Source of the DNA: Myxococcota bacterium
GTDB taxonomy: Bacteria; Myxococcota_A; UBA9160; SZUA-336
Assembly: GCA_965247115.1 (NCBI GenBank)
Contig: CBDFGR010000003.1
Span: forward strand, 736,001-800,000
DNA length: 64,000 nucleotides
Direction of reading: 5' to 3'
The translations under genes were made by a program, and so were the position numbers. Positions 1 to 10,127 of the stretch are shown here, one piece after another (within the stretch, counting starts at the first letter, position 1; each line of letters begins with the position of its first letter). The notes below the pieces were generated by a model. The model had not been told where the DNA came from. It saw only the letters and a list, made by a program, of their open reading frames with translations, and made no database searches.

Positions 1-43
1 CCGATTCTCAAGAACGCTAAGTACGGCCCGCGCCGCGTCAAGC

Positions 44-1240
44 GTGAAATTCAACTGCGCACTCCACACCGCAGGAGTAGAATGCCAGCGAGTGGCCCAC
101 TCCCGTTGCATACAGCATTTGCGTGACTACGTTGCGATCCCGTCCGTCAATCCGATGCGACGGACAGACATCCCGCCGGAGATCGCATGCGAGCGACGCT
201 ACGCGGAGCACATGCGTGAGCAGCTTCGGCACCTGGGACTGGACGCGGAGCTGGTCGGAGACCCCGAACGACCGTCTGTGATCGCCGAGGCGCGTCCGCA
301 AGGAGCGACACGTACGCTGCTCGTCGCCTCGCACCTCGACACCGTGCCGGTAGACGGAATGGAGATCGAGCCCTTCGATCCTCGGCTCGAGGGCGGGCGT
401 CTCTACGGGCGAGGCTCGTGCGACACAAAGGCCGGCATGGCCGCGCTCATCGACGCGCTGGAGGTCGCGCTCCATCAGGACAGCTTGCGCTGCAACCTGA
501 TCGTGGTCGGAGAGGCGGACGAGGAGCTCGGAAGTGCCGGGGCTCAGGCCGTCTTACACCACCTGGAGTCGAGACCGCCGGACTGGATGATCGCCACGGA
601 GCCCACCGACTTGCGCGTGGTGACACATCACAAGGGAATCGCGCTGGCAGGCCTGGTAGCACGGGGTGTCGCCTGCCACAGCTCGAACCCGGCGCTGGGC
701 CGGAACGCAATCGTCTCGCTCTCGCACGCGGTCGTCGCGCTGGAGAAGCTCGCCTCCGAGATCTCGGAACGAAGAGACCCTGTCCTAGGACGACCGACGC
801 TGTCGATCGGGGTGGTTGGTGGTGGTCACTCGCCGAACATCGTCCCGGATCACGCCTGGCTGACGCTGGATCGACGCTTGCTCCCGGGAGAAGCCCCGGA
901 GTCCGTGCGAGCCGAAATCGAGAGCTGCCTGCAGAAGTACGAGCTCGATAACGTGGAGGTCGACTGGTGCTCGCTGGAGAAGCCCGCGCTGGCCACCGAC
1001 GCGGAGTCGCTCGCAGTCCGCGCCTGCCAGCGTGCTCTCGTTGAAGAGCCACTCCCGAGCGACGCGGCAGCGGTCGCGTTCGGGACGGACGCCGGCCTCT
1101 TCGCCCAGAGTGGCATCCCTAGCGTCGTGATGGGACCCGGCTCGATCGAGCAGGCGCACACGTCACGAGAGTGGGTCGATGTGGCACAGGTCGAGACCAT
1201 GGCACGCCTGTTCCGCCGCATGCTCGAAGACCCCAGCTAG
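44..1240 (+). CDS. M20 family metallopeptidase/deacylase (ArgE/DapE-like)
   Basis: Motifs SHLDTVP, YGRGSCDTKAG, DEE, TEPT, HSS, GPGSIEQAH; true start may be slightly downstream. Confidence 0.9.
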   Translation: MKFNCALHTAGVECQRVAHSRCIQHLRDYVAIPSVNPMRRTDIPPEIACERRYAEHMREQLRHLGLDAELVGDPERPSVIAEARPQGATRTLLVASHLDTVPVDGMEIEPFDPRLEGGRLYGRGSCDTKAGMAALIDALEVALHQDSLRCNLIVVGEADEELGSAGAQAVLHHLESRPPDWMIATEPTDLRVVTHHKGIALAGLVARGVACHSSNPALGRNAIVSLSHAVVALEKLASEISERRDPVLGRPTLSIGVVGGGHSPNIVPDHAWLTLDRRLLPGEAPESVRAEIESCLQKYELDNVEVDWCSLEKPALATDAESLAVRACQRALVEEPLPSDAAAVAFGTDAGLFAQSGIPSVVMGPGSIEQAHTSREWVDVAQVETMARLFRRMLEDPS

Positions 1241-1264
1241 CCGTTGCAGCTCAGGAGGCCAACA

Positions 1265-3652
1265 ATGAAGAAGAAGCACCGTCTCGGTTCTGTCCAGTTG
1301 AGTTTGTTGCTGATTTTGGTTGGCTGCTCGGACGGCTCGGAACATGCGCAGGAGACCGGACAGAATGTCACGAGCGCCCGGGGCGCGCCGTACCGCACGG
1401 TCTTGCCGCTTCCTGACCCGGAATACCCAAAGATCACCGAGCTGGATGCCCGCAATGCAGAGGCCCCGCCTCCGCTATTGATAAGCGCCCCGGAAGGTGC
1501 ACCCAACGTTGTCATCGTGCTGATCGACGACATCGGTTTCGGGGCCGCGGCGGGATTCGGTGGCGCCATCCAGACGCCGACCTTGGATCGCCTTGCGCAA
1601 GACGGGTTGCGCTACAACCAGTTCCACACCACGGCGCTTTGCTCGCCTACCCGCATGGCAATCCTGACCGGGCGCAATCATCACTCGGCAAACACGGGCT
1701 CGGTCATGGAAGTGGCGACCGGATTTCCCGGGAACAGGGGCCAGCGTCCGCAAAGCGTTGCACCACTCGCCGAGATGCTGCGCTTGAACGGCTACAGCAC
1801 AGCGGCTTTCGGCAAGTACCACGAGACGGCGCCGTGGGAGGTGAGCGTATCGGGCCCGTTCGACCGCTGGCCGACCAATTCCGGCTTCGACAAGTTTTAT
1901 GGCTTCATCGGAGGTGAGACCAATCATTTCGCGCCCGTCCTTCACGACGGCACGACACCGGTGGAGCTGGCCGACGATCCCAACTACCACTTCACCACGG
2001 ACATGACCAATCAGGCAATTACCTGGGCGCGTTCCCAACAGTCGCTCACGCCGGACAAGCCGTTCTTCCTCTACTTCGCCACCGGAGCCACCCACGCACC
2101 GCACCACGTACCTGCGGATTGGGTGGACCGGTACAAGGGCAAGTTTGACGACGGCTGGGATGCATACAGGGAACAGACGCTCGCACGTCAAATAGCGCTG
2201 GGTGTCGTACCGCCGGGTACCAAGATGGCGAGCAAGCCAGCGGATATCGCCGACTGGGATGCGTTGTCTGCGGAGAAGAAACGACTCTACGCCCGCCAGA
2301 TGGAGGTTTTCGCGGCCTTTGCAGAACACACCGACTACGAGGTCGGCCGGCTGGCCGCTGCCATCGAGGCGATGGGGGAGATGGACAACACGCTCTTCAT
2401 GTACGTCTTCGGTGACAACGGTTCGAGTGCCGAAGGAGGGCTGACCGGGACGTTCAACGAGACCATCGTGCTCAACGGCTTGTCGGACCCGGTCGAGGAT
2501 CAGTTGGAGCACCTGGATGAGTGGGGCGGTTCCAAGTCATACCCGCACTTCCAGGCGGGCTGGGCCGTGGCCACCAACACGCCCTTCCAGTGGACCAAGC
2601 AGGTGGCCTCGCACTACGGCGGCACCCGCAACCCGCTGGTCGTACACTGGCCCGAAGGCATCAAGGCGAAGGGCGAGATTCGCTCGCAGTGGCACCACGT
2701 GACAGACCTTGCCCCGACCGTGATGGAGGCAGCGGGGCTGCCGTTTCCAAACTCGGTCAATGGCGCAGTTCAAAAGCCCTTTGAAGGTGTGAGCCTGATC
2801 TATTCTTTCGATGCTCCGGATGCTGCGGATCGACACACCACGCAGTACTTCGAAATGTTCGGTAACCGAGCGATCTACGATGACGGCTGGGTGGCTGCCA
2901 CCAAACACCGGACGCCGTGGGCGGCGGCGCCGGATGGACCGCTCGACCAGGACAAGTGGGAGCTGTATCACGTTGCCGAGGACTTCAGTCAGTCAAACGA
3001 CCTCGCCGCCTCGAACCCGGACAAGCTTGAGGAGCTGCAGGATCTCTTCATCGAGGAAGCAATCAAATACAACGTTCTGCCGCTGGACGATCGCGTCTTC
3101 GAGCGCTTCAACGCCGCGATCGCGGGCAGGCCGGATCTGATGGGCGACCGCACATCCCTCACGGTGTATCCCGGCATGACCCATATGACGGAGAACGCCT
3201 TCGTCAATGTCAAGAATCGCTCACACACGATCACGGCACAGGTCGAGATTCCACAAGGTGGTGGGGAAGGCGTGATTCTGGCTCAGGGCGGGCGCTTCGC
3301 CGGCTGGAGTCTCTATATGAAGGAAGGCAAGGTTTCCTACGTGCATAACTGGGTCGGCAAGGAGCGGTACACCATCACCGCGCCGGAGCCAGTGATCCCC
3401 GGTAAGGCGACGATCCGCTACCGGTTCTCGTACGAGGGCGACAAGCCCGGTTCGGGCGGTACGGGAACGATCTCCGTGAACGGGCAGAAGGTGGCAGAGG
3501 GCCGGATCGGGAACACCACGCCGTTCCTCTTTTCTGCTGACGAGACCGCCGATGTGGGCATGGACAAGGCCACTCCCGTGACCGAAGACTATGCCGAGGG
3601 CGACAACGACTTCACTGGAAAGATCGAGAAGGTGACGGTGGAGCTGCTGTAG
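1265..3652 (+). CDS. Arylsulfatase (AtsA-like), probable lipoprotein
   Basis: Sulfatase signature CSPTR, GKYH, HAPHH; lipobox-like LVGC; AGGAGG RBS upstream of ATG 1265. Confidence 0.93.
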   Translation: MKKKHRLGSVQLSLLLILVGCSDGSEHAQETGQNVTSARGAPYRTVLPLPDPEYPKITELDARNAEAPPPLLISAPEGAPNVVIVLIDDIGFGAAAGFGGAIQTPTLDRLAQDGLRYNQFHTTALCSPTRMAILTGRNHHSANTGSVMEVATGFPGNRGQRPQSVAPLAEMLRLNGYSTAAFGKYHETAPWEVSVSGPFDRWPTNSGFDKFYGFIGGETNHFAPVLHDGTTPVELADDPNYHFTTDMTNQAITWARSQQSLTPDKPFFLYFATGATHAPHHVPADWVDRYKGKFDDGWDAYREQTLARQIALGVVPPGTKMASKPADIADWDALSAEKKRLYARQMEVFAAFAEHTDYEVGRLAAAIEAMGEMDNTLFMYVFGDNGSSAEGGLTGTFNETIVLNGLSDPVEDQLEHLDEWGGSKSYPHFQAGWAVATNTPFQWTKQVASHYGGTRNPLVVHWPEGIKAKGEIRSQWHHVTDLAPTVMEAAGLPFPNSVNGAVQKPFEGVSLIYSFDAPDAADRHTTQYFEMFGNRAIYDDGWVAATKHRTPWAAAPDGPLDQDKWELYHVAEDFSQSNDLAASNPDKLEELQDLFIEEAIKYNVLPLDDRVFERFNAAIAGRPDLMGDRTSLTVYPGMTHMTENAFVNVKNRSHTITAQVEIPQGGGEGVILAQGGRFAGWSLYMKEGKVSYVHNWVGKERYTITAPEPVIPGKATIRYRFSYEGDKPGSGGTGTISVNGQKVAEGRIGNTTPFLFSADETADVGMDKATPVTEDYAEGDNDFTGKIEKVTVELL

Positions 3653-3697
3653 GCGCGATCATTTGCGCCCGGCGGGATCTCGGCCGAACCTGTCCGG

Positions 3698-5533
3698 ATG
3701 AATGCGCCGCTCCTGCTTCCGGCTCCGCGCAGCCTCGAGCTCTCCTCCGGCACCCTCGCGCTTCCCGACCCCTGCACGGTCGGAGGAAGCGACGGGCTCG
3801 CCATGGATCGGGTGCTCGACAGCGTGGCCAGACGAGCGGGGGTACGTGCAGTGCGAGGCGATTCGCGAGCCAGCGTGCGGCTCGTCCAGGGAACCGGACT
3901 TCCTCCCGAGGGACACCGTGTGCACATCAGCGACTCGATCGAGCTCCAGGCTGCCGACCAGAGCGGTCTGCTCTGGGCGGCAACCGCGCTGGATCAGCTT
4001 CTCTCCCAGTACGGCCGCGAGCTTCCGCACCTCAGGATCGAGGACTGGCCGGACTTTCCCGTGCGCGGCTACATGCTCGACATCAGCCGGGACCGGGTGC
4101 CGACGAGCTCCTGGCTTCACGAGCTGGTGCGAACACTCTCCAGCCTTCGATTCAATCAGCTCCAGCTCTACACGGAGCACACCTTCGCCTACCGCGAGCA
4201 CGAGATCGTATGGCGCGATGCGTCCCCGCTAAGCCCGGAGGACGTGCGCGCACTCGACGCACACTGCAGGGCCAACGGGATCGAGCTCGTTCCCAACCAG
4301 AACAGCTTCGGCCACATGGAACGCTGGCTGCGCCACCCGTCCTACGCCCCGCTCGGCGAGCTCGGAGCAGACGAGATCGAGGGGCGCACCCCCGCCTGCC
4401 TCGCGCCGGGTGCGGAGAGCGCCGCCTTTGCTCGGGGGCTGTACGCCGAGCTGCTGCCCTGCTTCGGCAGCCGTACCCTGAACATCGGCTGCGACGAGAC
4501 CGCCGAGCTCGGGCGCGGCCGCAGTCGAGAGGCGTGCGAGCGTTCGGGACGGGGCCGCGTCTACATGGACCACCTGCTGGGATTGATCACCGGTCTCCAG
4601 GAAGAGGGCTACACCGTTCAGTTTTGGGCAGACATGGTCGCTCAGTACCCGGAGCTGATCGGGGAGCTACCGAGGGCCGGGGCAATCGCTCTCGCCTGGG
4701 GATACGAGGCGCCGCAGGACACTGCCAGCGTCCCCGCCGAGGTCCTGGAACGCCTGACTCGGGCCGGCGTCGATCCGGAGAACCTGCTCTCTGGCTTCGA
4801 ACAACGCGTACGACCGTTCGCCGCTGCAGGCCTTCCTTACTTCGTCTGTCCGGGGACGTCGAGCTGGAACAGCCTCGTCGGTCGCTGGCCGAACGCCCGC
4901 GCCAACCTGCAGGACGCCGCAGAGGTCGGCCTCGCGAACGGAGCCTCGGGCTACCTGGTCACGGATTGGGGCGACAATGGTCACCTGCAGCCGCCGTCCG
5001 TGAGCCTGGCACCCATCGCCTACGGCGCCGCGCTGGCGTGGTGCGGGGAGAGCGCGCGCAGTCTCGAGCTCGAGGGGGCGCTCGACGCCCTTCTGCTCGA
5101 CGGCGAAGCGGACGGTTCTGCTGCGACGCTGCTGCAGCTCGGAACGCTCTACGAGGACATCGGCCTGCGCTCGCTGAACTCGACCGGCCTCTTCCACGGG
5201 CTGCTCCGTCCGCTCGGCAGCGACCTGCCTTGCTGGGGCCAGACGGACAGGCCCCGCCTGGAACGCGTGGTGACGGCGCTCGACGAGGCGCGCGCGAAGC
5301 TGGGCCGGGACACTGCGCTCGCGCGGGAGCTCTCTCAGGCCGCCGGTCTGGCGCGCCACGGCGCCCGGCGACTCGGCCTCCGCTGGCTCGACTCGGAGGC
5401 GGAGCGTTCACGGCTGCGCGAGGACCTGGAAGAGCTGATCGAGGAGCAGGCCGCAGTGTGGAGCCTGAGGAGCCGGACCGGCGGGCTCAGCGACAGCCTG
5501 GAACGGCTGCACCGCGCTCTCTCAGACTACTGA
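3698..5533 (+). CDS. Glycoside hydrolase family 20 (beta-N-acetylhexosaminidase-like)
   Basis: DWPDFPVRGYMLDISR, QLYTEHTF, NSFGH, catalytic NIGCDET, TDWGDNGH. Confidence 0.9.
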   Translation: MNAPLLLPAPRSLELSSGTLALPDPCTVGGSDGLAMDRVLDSVARRAGVRAVRGDSRASVRLVQGTGLPPEGHRVHISDSIELQAADQSGLLWAATALDQLLSQYGRELPHLRIEDWPDFPVRGYMLDISRDRVPTSSWLHELVRTLSSLRFNQLQLYTEHTFAYREHEIVWRDASPLSPEDVRALDAHCRANGIELVPNQNSFGHMERWLRHPSYAPLGELGADEIEGRTPACLAPGAESAAFARGLYAELLPCFGSRTLNIGCDETAELGRGRSREACERSGRGRVYMDHLLGLITGLQEEGYTVQFWADMVAQYPELIGELPRAGAIALAWGYEAPQDTASVPAEVLERLTRAGVDPENLLSGFEQRVRPFAAAGLPYFVCPGTSSWNSLVGRWPNARANLQDAAEVGLANGASGYLVTDWGDNGHLQPPSVSLAPIAYGAALAWCGESARSLELEGALDALLLDGEADGSAATLLQLGTLYEDIGLRSLNSTGLFHGLLRPLGSDLPCWGQTDRPRLERVVTALDEARAKLGRDTALARELSQAAGLARHGARRLGLRWLDSEAERSRLREDLEELIEEQAAVWSLRSRTGGLSDSLERLHRALSDY

Positions 5534-6771
5534 CTTCGCGGGGCTCCGAGGGCCGGGAGCTGGCTGCCAGTGACGAGTAGCAAGACCCTTGCGCCCGCAC
5601 TCACGACGCCGCGCGAGCGCAGGAGCCGCAGCGCGCTCAGGGTTGCGGCGCTCTCGTAGCCGGCCGCAATGCCGAACCCGCCCATTACCTTGAAGTCCCG
5701 CTCGATTGCAGCCTCGGACACGCCCACCGCCGTGCCGTCCGACTCGCGCAGACTGCGTAGGATGGCGTGCCCCATGATGGCAGCCGGAACGTCCAGGCCG
5801 TCCGCGATCGTGCCCCTCGAAACGACGGGCTCGACACGATCGAGACCGCGCTCCAGGGCTGCCACCACGGGTGCGCAGTTCTCTGACTGGACAGCGACCA
5901 GTCGGGGCAGCCTGTGCTCCTGCAGATCGATCAGGCCGAGCCCGCACAGCTCGCGAAGCGCCTTCCAGATTCCCACGAGACCGGTACCCCCGCCCGTCGG
6001 GTAGACGATCAGCTCTGGCAGCTCGGCCGCACCAAAGTGCTCGAAGATCTCGAGGCCCAGCGTTTTCTTCCCCTCGAGGCGCCCCGGCTCGAAGAAGGTC
6101 GAAATATCGAGAACGCTTCCGCTCGCGAGCTCTGCAGCGCAGGCTGCGCGTAGTGCGCTCCCGGCCTCTGCAATGTTGGAGCCCGCGAAACGCACCTGCG
6201 CGCCAAAGTGCTCCGCCGCCAGCTGATAGCTGCTGCCACGGTGTGAGCTGGGCATGTAGACCAGGCACGGCGGAAGTCCCAGGCGCGAGCAGAAGAGCGA
6301 GGCCGCTACGCCTGCGTTCCCCTGCGTGGGCAGGCAGAAGCGCTCCGCACCGAGTGCGCGTCCCAGTGCGATACCGACGGAAAGGCCGCGATCCTTGAAG
6401 CTGCCCGAGGGGTTCGACGCCTCGACCTTGAGATGGAGATCCACTCCGAGCTCTCGGCTGAGCCGCCCGTGTCGGAGGATCGGCGTCCGTCCCACGTCTG
6501 CGGCGTACGCGTGTGAGACCCCGTGCACCGGGAGCAGCGGCGAGTAACGCCAGAGCCCGGGCCCATTGCCGTCGCGAAACAGACTCGAGGGGGCTCCGGC
6601 GAGCGAGGTCAAGTCGTAGTCCAGCACCAGGGGGCTCCCCGGCGCTGGGCAGCATCCGCATAGTCCGAGCGGGGCGCGGCGTTCCGCAACGCTGCCATCG
6701 ACTTCGCGTCCCGTGAGCGAGCAGCGCGCTCCGCGAACGTGCGGGTTGAGAGTCAGGCCGCCCTTCGCCAC
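5527..6771 (-). CDS. thrC: Threonine synthase-like PLP enzyme
   Basis: NPSGSFKDRG PLP-lysine motif, TQGNAG, RLEGKKT, PTGGGTG. Confidence 0.75.
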   Translation of the reverse strand: MAKGGLTLNPHVRGARCSLTGREVDGSVAERRAPLGLCGCCPAPGSPLVLDYDLTSLAGAPSSLFRDGNGPGLWRYSPLLPVHGVSHAYAADVGRTPILRHGRLSRELGVDLHLKVEASNPSGSFKDRGLSVGIALGRALGAERFCLPTQGNAGVAASLFCSRLGLPPCLVYMPSSHRGSSYQLAAEHFGAQVRFAGSNIAEAGSALRAACAAELASGSVLDISTFFEPGRLEGKKTLGLEIFEHFGAAELPELIVYPTGGGTGLVGIWKALRELCGLGLIDLQEHRLPRLVAVQSENCAPVVAALERGLDRVEPVVSRGTIADGLDVPAAIMGHAILRSLRESDGTAVGVSEAAIERDFKVMGGFGIAAGYESAATLSALRLLRSRGVVSAGARVLLLVTGSQLPALGAPRSQ

Positions 6772-6780
6772 CGCCCGTCC

Positions 6781-7662
6781 CTACTCGCGCTGCGCGAACG
6801 GTCGGCCGAGGTCCGCGGGCGACGTCACGCGGCCCGCGAGCAGCGCCAGCACGGCCAGCGTCAGAACGTAGGGCGTCATCAGCAGCAGGTTGTACGGGAT
6901 CTCCGCGCCCATCGCCTGCAGCCGAAACTGCAGTGCACTCGCGCCACCGAACAGCAGCGCCCCGACGACAATCCGGGCCGGGCGATAGCCACCAAAGAGC
7001 ACGAGCGCGAGGGCAATAAAGCCGCGGCCTGTGGTCATTCCTTCCACGAAGGTATCGGACAACCAGAGCACGAGGCTGGCGCCAGCGAGCCCCGCACAGA
7101 GCCCACCGACGATACAGGCCGCCCAGCGGATCGGCAGCACGCTCACGCCCTGCGCGTGCGCTGCCTCGGCACGCTCCCCGACCGCGCGGACCGCGAGACC
7201 CCAGCGTGTCCGTGCGAGGAACAGGCCAACCGCGAGGACGAGGAGCACGGCCAGCAGCACGAACGCGTTGAGCCCAGGGAGAACGTCCGGCATCTGGGGT
7301 GAGCTCAGCGGGGGGCTACCGGGCGGAAGGAGCAGCCTGTAGCCGCTTCCCGTAGCTCCGAGGGCCAGCACGTTGACGGCCGTTCCGCAGACGATCGGGT
7401 CGGCATTTCGCCCGAGCACGAAGAGCGCGAAGAGCGCAGCGAGTCCTGCACCGGCGAGCATTCCCGCGCCGAGTGCGAGGACGATGGAGCCGCTTGTGGC
7501 AGCCACGCAGAAGGCGGCGAAGGCTCCACTCAGCATCATCCCCTCGATGCCGATATTCAGCACCCCGGCCCGTTCGGAGACCAGCTCGCCCATAGCCGCG
7601 ATCGTGAGCGGGACAGAGAGCCTGAGCGTTGCCAGCAGCAGTGGCAGTCCGAGCAGGTCCAC
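6781..7662 (-). CDS. ABC transporter permease (nucleoside/sugar type)
   Basis: SERAGVLNIGIEG, GRGFIALA; GTG start after GGAGGAG RBS. Confidence 0.9.
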   Translation of the reverse strand: MDLLGLPLLLATLRLSVPLTIAAMGELVSERAGVLNIGIEGMMLSGAFAAFCVAATSGSIVLALGAGMLAGAGLAALFALFVLGRNADPIVCGTAVNVLALGATGSGYRLLLPPGSPPLSSPQMPDVLPGLNAFVLLAVLLVLAVGLFLARTRWGLAVRAVGERAEAAHAQGVSVLPIRWAACIVGGLCAGLAGASLVLWLSDTFVEGMTTGRGFIALALVLFGGYRPARIVVGALLFGGASALQFRLQAMGAEIPYNLLLMTPYVLTLAVLALLAGRVTSPADLGRPFAQRE

Positions 7663-7664
7663 GC

Positions 7665-8678
7665 CTAGCTCCTCCTCCAGCTGAGCGCGAAGCCGACGGA
7701 AAGAAAGATCACGAGGGCCTCGATGATCTGTACCGTGACTCCGGGTACGCCCGCGAGTCGTTGCATCGAGCCGCTCCCGCTGGCGAGCGCCGCAAAGAAC
7801 AGGGCCGCGGGCAGCACGCCGATCGGATGCAGACGGGCCAGCAGCGAGACGGCGATCGCGGTGAAGCCGTAGCCCGGCGACAGGTTCTCGAACAGCCGCC
7901 CCGTCACGCCGGCGATCTCGATCGCCCCGGCGAGTCCCGCCAGGCCGCCCGAGAGCAGCAAGACCCGAAGCGTCTCGCGTGCTGGAAGGACCCCGGCGTA
8001 GCGGGCAGCAGCAGGCGCGGAGCCCACCGCCCGCAGGCGCAAGCCCGCGGCCGTCCGGAACACCACAACCCACATCAGAAACGGCAGGAGCAGCGCGAGC
8101 AGCAGGCCGCTGTGCATCCGCAAGGCGCCGGGCAGCAGCGCGAGACGCGCCCCGGCGGGCAGGGCATCGCTCTGCGGGTACGACATGGCAGTTTCCTGCA
8201 AGGGTCCGTGCACCGCAAAGGCCACGCCGAGGACGGCGATGAAGTTGAGCAGGATCGTGGAGAGCACCTCCGATACGCCTCGCTGGGTCTTCAGCACCGC
8301 GGCGATCCCCGCCCAGAGGGCGCCCCCGAGGGCACCGCTTCCCAGCACGATGGGAATCAATAGCGGCGCCGGGGCTTCGGGCAGGACCCGCGTGGCGAGC
8401 GCCGTAGCCGCGAGAGCACCAACGTAGAGCTGCCCCTCACCTCCGATGTTCCACACGCCGCAACGAAACGCGATCGACACCCCCAGTCCGATCAGGGCCA
8501 GCGGCCCCAGGCGTACCATGGTGTTCTCCAGCGCAAGCCGGTCACCGAACGCACCGGTTGCGAGTGCTGAGAGCGCACGCCCAGGGCTCGCGCCGAGCAG
8601 GACCAGAAGCAGGCTCGCGCAGCCCAATGCGATGGCGGCGGCCGCAATCGCCTCTAGCCAGGGCTTCCAGCGCCTCAC
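7665..8678 (-). CDS. ABC transporter permease (nucleoside/sugar type)
   Basis: WNIGGEGQ, GYGFTAIAVSLLARL; GTGA overlap with the ATPase stop. Confidence 0.9.
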   Translation of the reverse strand: MRRWKPWLEAIAAAAIALGCASLLLVLLGASPGRALSALATGAFGDRLALENTMVRLGPLALIGLGVSIAFRCGVWNIGGEGQLYVGALAATALATRVLPEAPAPLLIPIVLGSGALGGALWAGIAAVLKTQRGVSEVLSTILLNFIAVLGVAFAVHGPLQETAMSYPQSDALPAGARLALLPGALRMHSGLLLALLLPFLMWVVVFRTAAGLRLRAVGSAPAAARYAGVLPARETLRVLLLSGGLAGLAGAIEIAGVTGRLFENLSPGYGFTAIAVSLLARLHPIGVLPAALFFAALASGSGSMQRLAGVPGVTVQIIEALVIFLSVGFALSWRRS

Positions 8679-10123
8679 GTCTGTCCCCCTCCCAGCATCA
8701 GCTCGCCGACGCGTTCGCGTGTACGACGCCCCGGCTCGACCGCCAGGAGTCGCCCGCGAAACAGCACACTGATCCGGTTCCCGAGCTCCAGGATCTCGTC
8801 GAGATCCGTCGAGATCAGCAGGATCGCCGTGCCGGTCCGCGCTCGCTCGCGGATCTCCTGGCGCACCGCGGCCGTAGCCGCAACGTCGAGTCCGCGTGTC
8901 GGATTCACCGCCACCATCACTCCCGGCGCTCCACGTAGAGCGCGGGCCACGCACAGCTTCTGCTGGTTTCCGCCAGAGAGGGCGCGGGCCGGCGTCGTCG
9001 GATCGCCGCGAATCTCGAAACGCGCGATCGCCTCGCGCGCGGCATAGCGCAGCTGCTTGCTGCGCAGAAAGCCGCGCCGGAACAGGCGCTCCGCACCGCG
9101 GCCGGCAGCCTCTGGCAGGGCCAGATTCTCGGCGATGGAGAAGTCGAGCACGAGGCCCGTGTGTTGCCGATCGGCAGAGAGGACCGCGAGCGGTGGACGT
9201 AGCAGCTCGATCGACCCGGAGTCGATCCGGGTCACTCCGGCCAGGACCTCCTCGAGCGGCCCCTGGCCGTTTCCGTCGATGCCTGCGAGCGCCAGCACCT
9301 CGCCCTGGTGCAGCGCAAGATCGATGCTGTCGAGTCCCTCCGCGCGCAGCGCGCGCAGATGGAGCGCGGGGCCACCGCGTCTGCCGTCTGGCGGACGTCC
9401 GGGCGGGGGCAGCTCCTCCCCGACCATCCACCGACCCAGCTCCCCGGCCTCGAGCCCGGCTACTGTACGACTGGCGACGGTGCGCCCGGAGCGCAGCACC
9501 GTTACGCGATCGCAGACGGCACTGATCTCCTCCAGCTTGTGGGAGATCAGCAGCACCGCGGTGCCGCGGTCGCGCAAGCGCGTGAGCAGCGCCAGGAGCC
9601 CGTCCACCTCCGAGGGGGCCAGCACTGCCGTTGGCTCGTCGAGAATCAAGAGCTCCACGCCGCGCGACAGGGCACGCACGATCTCGAGTCGCTGGCGTTC
9701 CGCGACGGCGAGCGTCGCCGCAAGCGCGTCGGGCTCCAGGCGCAAGCCGTAGGTCTCCAGGATCTCGAGCCCGTGCGCCCGCAGCACCGAGCGCGGGAGA
9801 ATGGGTCCCAGTGGCTCGCCCAGCGCCAGGTTCTCCGCGACCGAAAGCGCCGGTACGAGCATGAAGTGCTGGTGCACGAGTCCGATGCCCAGCTCGAGAG
9901 CGCGCCTGGGGCTCGAGATCTCGTGGGCCTCACCGTCGATCATGATCTGTCCCCGGTCGGGGCGGACCATGCCGTACAACGTCCGAACCAGGGTCGTCTT
10001 TCCCGCGCCATTCTCGCCGAGGAGGGCGTGGATCTGGCCGCTCTCGAGCTCGAGCTGCGCGCCCCGCAGCGCAGGTGTGCTGCCGAAGGACTTGTGGATG
10101 TCGCGAAGGGCGACGAGCCTCAT
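8675..10123 (-). CDS. ABC transporter ATP-binding protein (two NBDs)
   Basis: GENGAGKT, LDEPT, LSGGNQQK. Confidence 0.95.
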   Translation of the reverse strand: MRLVALRDIHKSFGSTPALRGAQLELESGQIHALLGENGAGKTTLVRTLYGMVRPDRGQIMIDGEAHEISSPRRALELGIGLVHQHFMLVPALSVAENLALGEPLGPILPRSVLRAHGLEILETYGLRLEPDALAATLAVAERQRLEIVRALSRGVELLILDEPTAVLAPSEVDGLLALLTRLRDRGTAVLLISHKLEEISAVCDRVTVLRSGRTVASRTVAGLEAGELGRWMVGEELPPPGRPPDGRRGGPALHLRALRAEGLDSIDLALHQGEVLALAGIDGNGQGPLEEVLAGVTRIDSGSIELLRPPLAVLSADRQHTGLVLDFSIAENLALPEAAGRGAERLFRRGFLRSKQLRYAAREAIARFEIRGDPTTPARALSGGNQQKLCVARALRGAPGVMVAVNPTRGLDVAATAAVRQEIRERARTGTAILLISTDLDEILELGNRISVLFRGRLLAVEPGRRTRERVGELMLGGGQT

Positions 10124-10127
10124 CCGC